The notes below the pieces were generated by a model. That model was given only the letters and a program-made list of their open reading frames with translations. It did not search any database and was not told the origin of the DNA. Made by a program: the position numbers and the translations under genes. Of a stretch of DNA of 64,000 nucleotides, positions 25,774 through 35,648 are shown one piece after another; positions within the stretch are counted from its first letter, which is position 1, and each line of letters starts with the position of its first letter. The stretch is from Candidatus Anstonellales archaeon. GTDB lineage: Archaea; Micrarchaeota; Micrarchaeia; Anstonellales; J096. The stretch spans positions 32,001 to 96,000 of the forward strand of contig JAWAFD010000002.1 of assembly GCA_038890745.1 (NCBI GenBank). The letters are read 5' to 3'.

Positions 25774-27075
25774 ATGGATTTAGGAAAAGGGCTTAGGGAT
25801 GCGCTGAAAAGGTTTGCTGGCAAATCTGTTATTGATGAAAAGGCGGTTAAATCCCTAGTGAAGGAGTTGCAGAGAATTCTGATTGCAAGCGATGTTAATG
25901 TAAAACTGGTTTTTGAACTTAGCAAAAGAATAGAGAAAAGGGCGCTGGAAAGCGAAAAATTGGAAGGGCTTACTTTGAGAGAGCATGTGCTCAAGGTTGT
26001 TTATGATGAGCTCGTTTCCTTTCTGGGTGAGGGATACGAACCAAAGCTATCTCCTCACAAAATTCTTCTTGTTGGTTTGTATGGAAGCGGTAAAACAACA
26101 ACAGCAGGAAAGCTTGCATACTTCTATAAGAAAAAAGGTCTTAGGGTCGCTCTCGTTGGTGCGGATGTAGATAGACCGGCTGCAAGGGAACAGCTTAAAC
26201 AATTGGCTGAAAAAACAGGTGTTTCGTTTTATTCCGAAGGAAAAAAGGAAAACGAGATCATAAAGAATGCGCTTGCAAAAGCGAAGGAGGATATTATAAT
26301 TGTAGATTCAGCTGGGAGGAGTGCTTTTGATGAGGAGCTTGCGCGAGAGCTCGCATCGATATATAAAATGGTCAAGCCAGAAGAGGTTTATCTGGTGATA
26401 AGCGCGGATATAGGCCAGGTTGCAAAGAAACAATCCGAAGAGTTTTCGAAAATCTCCCCGCTTACAGGGGTGATAATTACAAAGATGGATGGCTCTGGGA
26501 AAGGAGGAGGGGCTCTGAGCGCGGTTGCAGCGACAGGAGCAAAGATTGCGTTCATAGGAACAGGGGAAAAAATAGATGCGTTTGAGGTTTATGATGCAAA
26601 AAGATTCGTCTCCCGCCTTCTCGGAATGCCGGACATAAAATCCCTGATTGAAAAGGTTGAGGAGCTGAAAAAAGAAGAGGGAATGGAGGAATTGGTTGAA
26701 GAGGAGTTTACAATAGAGGCATTCTACAAGCAGATGAAGGCGGCCAAAAAAATGGGTCCTTTGAGTTCTATTCTGAGTATGATAGGAATGCAGGACCTAC
26801 CTAAGGAGATGGTGGAGAAAAGCCAGGAGCAGCTGAAAAAATACGAGGCCATGATAAACTCCATGACCCCGGAGGAGAGAAAGGATGCCCTTCTTGTAAG
26901 AAAAAGCAGGGAGAGAATAGAAAGGATTGCAAGAGGTTCGGGTACGAAACCAGAAGAGGTGCGCGCATTCCTAAACCAGTTCAACAGAATGAAAACCATG
27001 GTGGAGAGGTTCAAGCATGATAGAAGCTTCAAGAAAAAAATAGAAAAACTTATGGGCGGAAAACTACCAACTTAA
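25774..27075 (+). CDS. srp54: Signal recognition particle protein SRP54
   Basis: GLYGSGKTTT, DSAGR, TKMDGSGKGGG and M domain (SMTPEER, RIARGSG). Confidence 0.97.
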   Translation: MDLGKGLRDALKRFAGKSVIDEKAVKSLVKELQRILIASDVNVKLVFELSKRIEKRALESEKLEGLTLREHVLKVVYDELVSFLGEGYEPKLSPHKILLVGLYGSGKTTTAGKLAYFYKKKGLRVALVGADVDRPAAREQLKQLAEKTGVSFYSEGKKENEIIKNALAKAKEDIIIVDSAGRSAFDEELARELASIYKMVKPEEVYLVISADIGQVAKKQSEEFSKISPLTGVIITKMDGSGKGGGALSAVAATGAKIAFIGTGEKIDAFEVYDAKRFVSRLLGMPDIKSLIEKVEELKKEEGMEELVEEEFTIEAFYKQMKAAKKMGPLSSILSMIGMQDLPKEMVEKSQEQLKKYEAMINSMTPEERKDALLVRKSRERIERIARGSGTKPEEVRAFLNQFNRMKTMVERFKHDRSFKKKIEKLMGGKLPT

Positions 27076-27515
27076 AAAACCCCCGCCGGCTCCTTTACTA
27101 TTGTTAGTACTGTTGCTGTGTTTGTTTTTTTCACGCCCGGACTTGTTGCTATTGTATGTATTATCTCCTTAAAATTGCTTCTGTTTTTCGCAACAACCAA
27201 GCAAATAGCATCATATTCGCCGGTTATCTCATAAACGCCAATAACCCCGCTTATTTTACCAAGCTCTTCGAGGGCATACTTCCCAAATTCATACTGAACA
27301 AAAACAAAAGCAGTTATGGTATAACCAAGCTTTTCGTAATCAACATTTATTGTATATTTTTTTATTACCTTCTCCCTTTCCATCTCTTTTATTTTTTTTA
27401 TCACGGTTGCGGGGTGCATCCTCAGCAAACTCGCTATCTCCCTGCACGAAAGCCTCGAGTCCTTGCTCAGAAGTCTTAGGATGTACAAACTTTTTTCATC
27501 AATTTCTTCCACCAT
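27072..27515 (-). CDS. Lrp/AsnC transcriptional regulator
   Basis: N-terminal HTH (DSRLSCREIA) and RAM domain (ITGEYD). Confidence 0.92.
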   Translation of the reverse strand: MVEEIDEKSLYILRLLSKDSRLSCREIASLLRMHPATVIKKIKEMEREKVIKKYTINVDYEKLGYTITAFVFVQYEFGKYALEELGKISGVIGVYEITGEYDAICLVVAKNRSNFKEIIHTIATSPGVKKTNTATVLTIVKEPAGVF

Positions 27516-27629
27516 ATCCTAAATCATTAGGACAAAATATTTAAATACTTTTGTTTTTTTATATCAAATGTTATAGTTTTCTTGCGAAACATATAAAAAT
27601 ATAACTAGTGATATACTCCTGGTGGGCTT

Positions 27630-27962
27630 ATGGTGAGAGAGAAGGAGAGTAAAATTAGAAAGAAGGGTGAGGAAAAAAAGCCTGCTATACGGGTGGATGA
27701 ACACACGCTGATCCTGAAAATAATAAGCGATGCGAGCAAAGAGCTGAACAAACAGAATAATAAAAATTTTCTGGAGATGGCATATGCCCTGAGAGATAAC
27801 ATAAACAAGGCAAATGGCGCTGGCTTTTCCGAAAATGAGAAAAAGGAAGTGAAGGAATTTTTGAGGAAGGCCAAGATTACAATGCTTTTGAACGATAAGG
27901 AGGAGGAGTTCAAGGCGCTTTCACAAATAGAGAAGGATATACTGAAAGCATTGAGAGGGTAA
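27630..27962 (+). CDS. Hypothetical protein
   Basis: 110-aa charged ORF with TATA upstream. No motif recognised. Confidence 0.55.
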   Translation: MVREKESKIRKKGEEKKPAIRVDEHTLILKIISDASKELNKQNNKNFLEMAYALRDNINKANGAGFSENEKKEVKEFLRKAKITMLLNDKEEEFKALSQIEKDILKALRG

Positions 27963-28030
27963 AATTTAATCACCAGCAATAGCAGCAATCAGCGATATTT
28001 TTTTAAATATATAAGTTTAAACTAATATTC

Positions 28031-28279
28031 GTGAAAACTAAAATTATAAAAGCAATCAGCGATGGAACAAGGCTTGGGTTGCTCGGAATTATAAGAAAAA
28101 AAGAGATTTGCGCATGCGAGCTTCCACATTTCGTAAAAGTAACCCAGCCTGCGGTTTCCCAGCATCTAAAAGTTCTTCTGAAAGCAGGGCTGGTGAAGGT
28201 TCGAAAAAAAGGCACAAAAAGATTGTATTCCCTCTCTCCTCTTGGCAGAAGGGTGATTAAGGATATTTCAGGATGGTGA
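28031..28279 (+). CDS. ArsR/SmtB transcriptional regulator
   Basis: KAISDGTRL, CACEL, QPAVSQHLKVL..AGLV. Confidence 0.9.
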   Translation: MKTKIIKAISDGTRLGLLGIIRKKEICACELPHFVKVTQPAVSQHLKVLLKAGLVKVRKKGTKRLYSLSPLGRRVIKDISGW

Positions 28280-28283
28280 TGGA

Positions 28284-29063
28284 ATGATAGAGTATATAAT
28301 ATATTTTGTTGTTGGGATTTTTGCTGGCGTAATCGGTGGACTGCTTGGTACTGGTGGTTGCGCGTTGATGATGCCAGTTTTGCGTTTTGGCTTTGATTTT
28401 CCAGCGGCGTTTGCTGTAGGAACAACCTTAACCGCAGTGGTTTTCACGGCCGCATCCGGGGCGATTCAGCACATGAAAATGGGCAATGTTGATAAGCAAA
28501 CTGCGATATTTACCGGCATTTCTGGAATTTTGGGTGTGATCATTGGTTCAATCATTTTTATGTACATAAGCAGTCAAAGCGCAATGATAGACCTTATTGT
28601 AGGGGTCGCTTTTTTGGTTGTTTCTATCCGCATGATCTATGAAGGGGTAGTTCTAAAACAACCGGCTGTATCAAAGTCAAAAAACATTCCGGGCAAGCCG
28701 GTTTCGAAAGGAATTCTTGGAGCCGGGGTGGGTATGCTGACTGGGGTAATAGGTTTGGGCGGTGGCTATGCTCTTGTACCATCATATATCCTTCTTTTTA
28801 AGGCTCCAGTAAAACTCGCAATTGGAACATCCATGGCGGCATTTTTTTGGATTGCTCTTGTGGGGGCGCTTTTCAAGATCTACAATGGAGTTGTAGACCT
28901 CCCAGTGGCAGTGGCTTTAGGTTTTGGGGCTCTTATAGGTGCGATATACGGTGCAAAACTTGTTGCAAGGTTTAAGCCAAATATACTGAAAACATTGTTC
29001 GGTATTTTATTTTTCTATGTTTCCCTAAAATACATTTTGGTTTACTTTAATATCTATATCTAA
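28284..29063 (+). CDS. Sulfite exporter TauE/SafE family
   Basis: Duplicated GLLGTGG / GVIGLGGG..P and AVGT/AIGTS motifs; about 8 TM helices. Confidence 0.9.
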   Translation: MIEYIIYFVVGIFAGVIGGLLGTGGCALMMPVLRFGFDFPAAFAVGTTLTAVVFTAASGAIQHMKMGNVDKQTAIFTGISGILGVIIGSIIFMYISSQSAMIDLIVGVAFLVVSIRMIYEGVVLKQPAVSKSKNIPGKPVSKGILGAGVGMLTGVIGLGGGYALVPSYILLFKAPVKLAIGTSMAAFFWIALVGALFKIYNGVVDLPVAVALGFGALIGAIYGAKLVARFKPNILKTLFGILFFYVSLKYILVYFNIYI

Positions 29064-29074
29064 TATCTAACCTT

Positions 29075-29257
29075 ATGGCAAAAGGAATGGCTGTTGGCAC
29101 AGCCCTTGTCCTCATGATGTCCATTACCGCGCTTTCATTTCCACAGCTCCTAATACTCAGAAGGGTTGTGAAAATAAAGCTCCTGGCCGTTCTTGTGGCG
29201 GTACTTGCGGTTTCGTTCATTTTTATTGGGTATGTGTTGAATTTTATTCTGCAATAG
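29075..29257 (+). pseudogene. C-terminal remnant of an ArsP/DUF318 permease
   Basis: LMAKGMAVGTALVLMMSITALSFPQLLILRRV matches the permease C-terminus. Only ~60 aa remain, with an in-frame stop at 29048. Confidence 0.7.
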
Positions 29258-29308
29258 GCTATTCAGCAAACTACAATCAATTTAAACATTTTGTTTTTTA
29301 TTTTCCCC

Positions 29309-29521
29309 ATGGCTGTTAAAATAAATTATGAGGGATGCATTCTCTGCGCTGGCTGCGCTGCTGTATGCCCAAAGAGCGCACTAGAACTTGTTGGTACAAG
29401 GATAGAGCACTACCCAGAAAAATGCATAAGCTGTGGAATATGCGTGAAGGCATGCCCTGCGAATGTGATCTCGCTCGTTAAGGCGAGCGAAAAAATAAAA
29501 AAACCAAAGAAGAGAAAGTGA
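29309..29521 (+). CDS. 2x[4Fe-4S] ferredoxin
   Basis: CILCAGCAAVCP and CISCGICVKACP. Confidence 0.9.
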   Translation: MAVKINYEGCILCAGCAAVCPKSALELVGTRIEHYPEKCISCGICVKACPANVISLVKASEKIKKPKKRK

Positions 29522-29525
29522 TCTT

Positions 29526-30734
29526 ATGGAAGAGTATGACATTCTCGTTATAGGTTCTGGACCAGCAGGCTCAACATTTGCGAGGATTGTTGCATCTGAA
29601 AGAGAGGTTCTCGTCGTGGATAAGAGAAAGCAGGTTGGGGTGCCGGTAAGATGCGGGGAAGGGCTTGGTGCAAGGGAGGTTTTGGCCCAAGGTCTTGAAC
29701 TTCCAAAGCATGTTATTTCAACAGAAATTTTGGGTGCGAAGGTTGTTGGGCCAAGAGGGGAAAAAATAGTATGGAAGGATGAAGAGACAAAGGGCTGGGT
29801 TCTTGAAAGAAAGGCATTTGACCAATGGCTCGCAGAACTCGCAACAAAAAAAGGAGCAAAAATAAAGGTTTACACGCGCGCCCTTGATATCAAAAGGGAT
29901 GGTGATGGATTTGTTGTAAAGCTTCAGCACGGCGCGGACGAGCCATACGAGGTAAAAGCAAAACTTGTGGTTTCTGCAGAAGGGATGGAAGCCCACATTG
30001 CAAGAAAGATGGGTTTTAATGCTATTCACTCTCTTTATGATGTTGATACATGCTACGAGTATGAGATGGCGCCATACAATCATGAAAACCTGATTGAGTT
30101 GTATTTTGGAAATAATGTCGCACCGAGAGGATATGTGTGGATTTTCCCAAAAGCGGATAAGAAGGCAAATGTTGGAATAGGAATAGGCGCGCATCTTGTA
30201 ACAGGAAAAAAACGCGGGGGGCTTGATGGCGCAACCCCAAGAACTTTTCTGGATAGATTTATACAAGAGCATTCTGAGCTAAGGGATGCAAGTGTATACA
30301 ACGATTTTGGAGGGATTATAAGCGTGGGTGCTCCGATGGATTCTTTTGTGAAGGACAATTTCCTTGTTGTTGGTACCGCAGCAAAGCAGGTTGATCCGAT
30401 ACATGGCGGAGGAATCGCGCTTGCGATGGAGGCTGCTGCCCTTGCAGGAAACGCGGCGTTGCGAGGATTCCATGAGAAAAATCTTTCAGCTGATTTTCTC
30501 TACAGGTACTATGAAAAGCCGTGGAGGGAAACAGCGGGTAAGAAGATGGCAAAGAGGCTCCTTCTGAGAAAGGTATTGGAAAAACTGAACGATGATGATT
30601 TGAGCCACATTTTCTCAACCATAGCAGATTCAGATTTAAACCAGGTTATGAAGGGGAATTTTGCAGGGCCTGTTGCAAAGGCGGTTGCAGGAAGGCCGCA
30701 GCTACTTAAAGTGCTTTCTGCTCTGTTGGGTTAA
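29526..30734 (+). CDS. Digeranylgeranylglycerophospholipid reductase (GGR)
   Basis: GSGPAG, PVRCGEG, GYVWIFPK, DPIHGGGI; adjacent to a ferredoxin. Confidence 0.9.
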   Translation: MEEYDILVIGSGPAGSTFARIVASEREVLVVDKRKQVGVPVRCGEGLGAREVLAQGLELPKHVISTEILGAKVVGPRGEKIVWKDEETKGWVLERKAFDQWLAELATKKGAKIKVYTRALDIKRDGDGFVVKLQHGADEPYEVKAKLVVSAEGMEAHIARKMGFNAIHSLYDVDTCYEYEMAPYNHENLIELYFGNNVAPRGYVWIFPKADKKANVGIGIGAHLVTGKKRGGLDGATPRTFLDRFIQEHSELRDASVYNDFGGIISVGAPMDSFVKDNFLVVGTAAKQVDPIHGGGIALAMEAAALAGNAALRGFHEKNLSADFLYRYYEKPWRETAGKKMAKRLLLRKVLEKLNDDDLSHIFSTIADSDLNQVMKGNFAGPVAKAVAGRPQLLKVLSALLG

Positions 30735-30765
30735 GATTTAAAAATTTGCACTCCCCATTCTGTCT

Positions 30766-32064
30766 ATGAGTGTGATCGAGACGCGGTATAGAACTGAGAT
30801 GGCGGATATTTTTAGCGATGAGAACAGAATAAGAAAATGGGCTGAGGTTGAGCTTGCCCTTCTGAAGGCACATGCAAAACTTGGAAATGTTCCAAAGGAA
30901 GCTGTTCCTGCTGTTGAAAAAGCGGTGAAGGAGATCTCGCTGAAGCGAGTCGAAGAAATTGAAAAAGAGACCCATCATGACCTAATGGCGGTCGTAAAGG
31001 CGATTGCTGAAAAAAGCGGAAAATATGGCGAGTATATCCATCTTGGTGCAACAAGCTATGATATTGAGGACACCGCAACTGCGTTGATTTTCCGTGAAGC
31101 GTTTGACCTTATTGAAAAAAGAATGCTTCTTTTAGGAAAAGAACTGAAGGCAAAGGCGCTGAAATATAAAAATAATGTTTGCATAGGAAGAACGCATGGC
31201 CAGCATGCAATCCCAACAACCATAGGAATGAAGTTTGCCCTTTACTACTCCGATAACAAAAGAAATCTTGAGCGATTGAAGGAACTTAGGAGGAGGGTTG
31301 AGGTGGGGAAGATAAGGGGAGCGGTCGGGAACTACGCTAGCTTTGAGAATTATGGTTTTGAGAAAGTTGAGGAACTCGTTCTGAAAGAGCTTAAGCTTGG
31401 AAAAGCAGATGTTTCAAACCAGATAATCCAAAGGGATGTGCATGCAAGCGCCATGTTTTTCTTGGCCGTTGTTGCATCCAATCTTGAGAAGATTGCGAAG
31501 GAGATAAGGAATTTAAGCAGGACAGAGATTGCAGAATGGTTTGAGCCATTTGGGAAAAAGCAGGTTGGTTCTTCAACCATGCCCCAGAAAAGAAACCCGC
31601 ACAAAAGTGAGAGGATATGCTCCCTTGCAAGGGTTGTTCGCGCGAATGTTCAGGTGGCTCTTGAGAACATCGCGCTGGAGCATGAAAGGGATTTGACCAA
31701 CTCAGCAAACGAAAGGATAATCTGGCCAACGAGTTTTTGTATTACTGACTACATGCTCAAGCAAATGATAGAACTGATGAGCGGGCTTGAGGTTGATGTT
31801 AAGAAGGCAAGGGAGAACGTAGATATCACAAAGGGCGGCGTTTATGCTGAAAGGCTTATGCTCGCGCTTTCAAAGAAAATAGGAAGGCAGAGGGCGCATG
31901 AGGTTGTAAGGGAGCTTACGCTTTCAGGAAAAGGGAAAAACCTTCAGGAGATTTTTGAAAAGAGCAGATATGGAAAACTGATCGATAAGAAAGAAATAGA
32001 AAGAATATTCAAAACAGAGTATGTTGGAAAGGCAAAGGAGATTGTGGAGAAGGTGTGCAAATAG
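30766..32064 (+). CDS. purB: Adenylosuccinate lyase
   Basis: HLGATSYDI, GRTHGQHA, GSSTMPQKRNP, HERDLTNS. Confidence 0.96.
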   Translation: MSVIETRYRTEMADIFSDENRIRKWAEVELALLKAHAKLGNVPKEAVPAVEKAVKEISLKRVEEIEKETHHDLMAVVKAIAEKSGKYGEYIHLGATSYDIEDTATALIFREAFDLIEKRMLLLGKELKAKALKYKNNVCIGRTHGQHAIPTTIGMKFALYYSDNKRNLERLKELRRRVEVGKIRGAVGNYASFENYGFEKVEELVLKELKLGKADVSNQIIQRDVHASAMFFLAVVASNLEKIAKEIRNLSRTEIAEWFEPFGKKQVGSSTMPQKRNPHKSERICSLARVVRANVQVALENIALEHERDLTNSANERIIWPTSFCITDYMLKQMIELMSGLEVDVKKARENVDITKGGVYAERLMLALSKKIGRQRAHEVVRELTLSGKGKNLQEIFEKSRYGKLIDKKEIERIFKTEYVGKAKEIVEKVCK

Positions 32065-32096
32065 TTTTTTAAACCTCATCTTCTAATTCTCTCTCT

Positions 32097-32912
32097 ATGG
32101 TTGAGATAAGCAACAAGCAACTTGCGTACGGCTCTCTAGTCATCGGATTGTTCGCAACCCTTGTCGCAATAGCGAGCGGAGGGGGGATATTCACAATGCT
32201 AGGTGCTGCGATAGCCGGCATATCCACCCTTTCAGCCATTCTGTTTCTTAAATACGGTTATCTGATCGTCCCGCTTTTCACGCAGAAGGGAAACATCCTT
32301 CTGGTTACGGATACTGGATACGAAATTCCGCCTAGCCAGGATGTTATTGTGAAAAAAGCGCCAAATGGGATCTTCTATGCTTCAGCCTACCTTGCGATAA
32401 AAATATATGAATCCATGCTTGAAAAAACCGAAGAAGAGGTTACAAACTACTCAAAGTTTTTTGAAAGGGCGATCTCAAACATAAAATATGTTACAAAGGT
32501 TTCATACCTTCTTTATGCTGAGGATATAAGCGAGAAGAGAAAGATACTTGAAACAAAAAAGGCAGAGGCGCAGTTGAGGCTTGCTAGGGAAAGGGAAAAG
32601 TCAGAGCCTGATGTTCTTAAAATAGACAGGTATGAGAGGGAGGTTGCGATGTGGGCGGCCCAGCTTGATTCTCTTACAAAAGGAGTAAAACCAATGGGCG
32701 TTGTTGCTTATGTCATGACCACCGCATCTGGTATAACAAAGGAGGAGGCGATCACAAAGGTAAAATCCCAAGCCTCTGAGCTGAAGGCAACCCTCTCAAA
32801 TGCCTTGAATGTTGAAGTTGAGCCCCTTACAGCAGATGAAATGCTCAGGGTGGTTGAGTGGGAGAGGGCCCTACCCACAACACCAGAGGAGCTTGAGAAT
32901 CAGGTAATCTAG
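32097..32912 (+). CDS. Membrane protein resembling a VirB3/PrgI-like element plus VirB4 N-terminal domain
   Basis: Two N-terminal TM helices, coiled coil, and a C-terminal YVMTTA..EEA..L...LNVEVEPL pattern. First gene of the operon. Confidence 0.55.
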   Translation: MVEISNKQLAYGSLVIGLFATLVAIASGGGIFTMLGAAIAGISTLSAILFLKYGYLIVPLFTQKGNILLVTDTGYEIPPSQDVIVKKAPNGIFYASAYLAIKIYESMLEKTEEEVTNYSKFFERAISNIKYVTKVSYLLYAEDISEKRKILETKKAEAQLRLAREREKSEPDVLKIDRYEREVAMWAAQLDSLTKGVKPMGVVAYVMTTASGITKEEAITKVKSQASELKATLSNALNVEVEPLTADEMLRVVEWERALPTTPEELENQVI

Positions 32913-32919
32913 AATTAAG

Positions 32920-34488
32920 GTGAGAGGAGTGGGAAGACTCAGTGTGATGAAGGTTTCCAATGTTGCTATTGCGATGAGGAACATCCTTGTCCACCCACCC
33001 GAGCCACCCGGATACGTGCTTTTTAAAGACCCTACGAAATCGATATATGTAGGTAGAACAGCCATCCTCCACTCTCCTTTTTATTGGAGTTTTGAGGATG
33101 TAACAAACCCGCACATGGCAATTGTTGGAATTACCGGGAGCGGAAAAAGCTACTGGATAAAAACATACCTCATGAGGGCAAGCTTTGTGTGGAACTCGAA
33201 CGCGCTCATAATTGACTGGGCTGGAGAGTATAAAGATTGGGTATTGCAAACAGGTGGAAAGGTGATCGCACTCGCAAAAGGAAGTTACATAAACCTTCTT
33301 GACCTTGGAGGAATGAAGCCGTATGATAGGATAAAACAGATAATGAGAACGCTTGAGATACTCACGGATATTGGTCAGTATCCTGAGCAAAGAAGACTTA
33401 CTGAGGAGGCAATAGAGCAAGCGTATGTAAAAGCTAAATTTCGAATGGACAGCAGGGACCAGAGGGATGAGTTAGGAAGACAGCTCACCCCCCCAACGCT
33501 TAAGGATGTGGTGAGGATACTAGAGGAGCAGGCAGAGCTTGGAACGTATGAGTTTCCGGCAGAGTTGGAGAACGCAATCTATCGTTTGAAGCAATTCACA
33601 AGGCCGGGGGAGGACTATTTTGCTCAGCAGAGCACAATAAGTTTGGACGAGCTTACAAATTCCGGGCTCGTGAGCCTGGATTTAAGCGGCCTACCGGACG
33701 AGAGATTTAGAGCTCTCGGCGCTCTTAGTATTCTTCAATTCATAAAGGAAAAAATGCGCGCAACAGGATGGGCAAGGGAGAAAGGCATAAGGTTGATTGT
33801 TGTTCTGGATGAGGCGTGGAAGATCGCAAAAGAAGAGAACAGCGATGCGGTTATGATCGTCCGGGAAGGAAGAAAGTATAACTTTCAGCTGATCGTTGCG
33901 AGCCAGAACCCAACAGACATAAGCGAAAGCATATTCAGCAATGTGGGTACAACATTCATACTAAAAGTGAAGTTTGCCCAATTTTTGGATTACCTTCAAT
34001 CCACATTGAATTTCAGCAATTTCATGCGCGAGCAGATTTCCGGGTTCGGTGTTGGGCAGGCAGCAGTAAACCTTGCTTTCCACACAGCAGAAAAATACCC
34101 CTCCACATTCCTCCTTGAAAAGATTGCTGGAGAGGAGCCTTTAAAAGACCTTTTCCTTGATTTAAAAGATGTAGCCGGTGAAAACATGCCAAAAAGTATT
34201 CCGTTTAAAAGGGAGGAGCTTAGGGCTAGGTTGAGGGAGTTCGGGCTGAGCGAGGAAAAGGTGCAGGAGATAAGCCAGCTTTTTGACAAGAAAAGCAGGC
34301 ACATGGATGTCATAAGCTTTGTTATTCTGCTTGAACGGTATGGGGTTGAGAGAAGGGAGATAACATCATTCCTAAAAGAGCTGGGTGTTGATGATGCCAC
34401 AATAATAAACATTTTTACAAAAGCAGATTTCAAGAAAAACCAGATAGGCGATAGGGAAATAACGCAGGTAATATTGGAGGAGGATTAG
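32920..34488 (+). CDS. VirB4/HerA-family P-loop ATPase
   Basis: NPHMAIVGITGSGKS (Walker A), IID..GEY, INLLD, VVLDEAW (Walker B), REGRKY, ASQ. Confidence 0.88.
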   Translation: MRGVGRLSVMKVSNVAIAMRNILVHPPEPPGYVLFKDPTKSIYVGRTAILHSPFYWSFEDVTNPHMAIVGITGSGKSYWIKTYLMRASFVWNSNALIIDWAGEYKDWVLQTGGKVIALAKGSYINLLDLGGMKPYDRIKQIMRTLEILTDIGQYPEQRRLTEEAIEQAYVKAKFRMDSRDQRDELGRQLTPPTLKDVVRILEEQAELGTYEFPAELENAIYRLKQFTRPGEDYFAQQSTISLDELTNSGLVSLDLSGLPDERFRALGALSILQFIKEKMRATGWAREKGIRLIVVLDEAWKIAKEENSDAVMIVREGRKYNFQLIVASQNPTDISESIFSNVGTTFILKVKFAQFLDYLQSTLNFSNFMREQISGFGVGQAAVNLAFHTAEKYPSTFLLEKIAGEEPLKDLFLDLKDVAGENMPKSIPFKREELRARLREFGLSEEKVQEISQLFDKKSRHMDVISFVILLERYGVERREITSFLKELGVDDATIINIFTKADFKKNQIGDREITQVILEED

Positions 34489-34890
34489 ATGGCGAAGATG
34501 TGTATTATTTGCGGGAATGAAATAAAGGGAAAAGATGCCTATAGGGTTAAGGAGGATATCGTGATAGAGTCGATTAGAAAGATAAAGAAAAAACTAAACA
34601 TGGCAAAGAACAATGAACTTTTTGTGTGCAGGGAGGATTATGAAAAATACAAAGAAAAGAGGAAGCAGTTTGAAAGAAACTTTACATTCGCTTCAGCGCT
34701 CGCAGCAGCCATCCTGCTGCTTCTTATAATAGTCCCGATTTTTTTTGGCTCCCTTCCAAGCATAGGCAGCATACTATTTGGTATTGTTGTTGGCATTTTC
34801 CTCATTTTCATGGCTCTCATCTCTTACCTCCCGGCTCTTGAGGAGGAGGTGGAGAGAATCGAGGGAGAGCAAAAAAAGAAAAAGCGGTGA
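34489..34890 (+). CDS. Small membrane protein with an N-terminal CxxC (Zn-ribbon-like) motif
   Basis: CIICG...VCRED and two C-terminal TM helices. Confidence 0.7.
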   Translation: MAKMCIICGNEIKGKDAYRVKEDIVIESIRKIKKKLNMAKNNELFVCREDYEKYKEKRKQFERNFTFASALAAAILLLLIIVPIFFGSLPSIGSILFGIVVGIFLIFMALISYLPALEEEVERIEGEQKKKKR

Positions 34891-34894
34891 ATGA

Positions 34895-35641
34895 ATGGCA
34901 ATACCGGTAAAAACAGGAGAGGGTGAAAAGCCATCTACTCCTGATGTCGGTGCGCTGAGAATAAATGCCAAGCTCAATGTCAGCTTTGATGATGTAGAAA
35001 GGGCGATCCTTCCTGTTGAGAAGGGAGAGGTTGCAAAAACAAAAGAGGGGGTTTCCTTCGCTTATGTGGAAACAAGGGATTTGAACGGTGTTCCTATTTC
35101 ATTTTTTATAATAAATTTTAAGAAAGATGGAATGGACGTGCTTTACTCCATCCCTCAGAATACAACCCCATCAAAGAGGAAATGGGAGGTTACGAAAAAA
35201 CTTTTGACCATTCTGATGCTTCTAAGAGATGCCTACACGATAGACACGAAGGATATTATAGGGCTTGTGGATATGGTCATAAAAGATTTGGATGCATACG
35301 CCACGCAGGATTATGGCCGGCTTTATTCCGAATACGATAAACTGAAGAATGAAATAAAAAGGCTGAACAGAAAGGTTGTCGTTCTTTCCGAGGAAAACGA
35401 GCGCTTGGTTAAGGAAAACTACGAGCTGAACAGCAGGAATGATGAGCTGATCCTAAAGATAAAAAAACTTGAAACGCTTTCTCCGGAAACCTTGAGGGAA
35501 AGAATACAGGACTGGCTCAGGGAGCACAATGGTGAGATAAACATTGGGGAGTTTGCGAGAATATACAGCGTGCCTGAGGCTCTTGTTGAGGAGCAGCTTA
35601 ACAAACTCGTTAAAGAAGGATTCATAACCCCAATTCAGTAG
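34895..35641 (+). CDS. Coiled-coil protein with a C-terminal winged helix
   Basis: Heptad coiled coil, then WLREHNGEINIGEFARIYSVPEALVEEQLNKLVKEGFI. Confidence 0.7.
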   Translation: MAIPVKTGEGEKPSTPDVGALRINAKLNVSFDDVERAILPVEKGEVAKTKEGVSFAYVETRDLNGVPISFFIINFKKDGMDVLYSIPQNTTPSKRKWEVTKKLLTILMLLRDAYTIDTKDIIGLVDMVIKDLDAYATQDYGRLYSEYDKLKNEIKRLNRKVVVLSEENERLVKENYELNSRNDELILKIKKLETLSPETLRERIQDWLREHNGEINIGEFARIYSVPEALVEEQLNKLVKEGFITPIQ

Positions 35642-35648
35642 TGGTTTT

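Noticed and set aside
27984..28063. 13-bp repeat AGCAATCAGCGAT upstream of and inside arsR
   Set aside because: Short, non-palindromic, and one copy is coding; no supporting structure.
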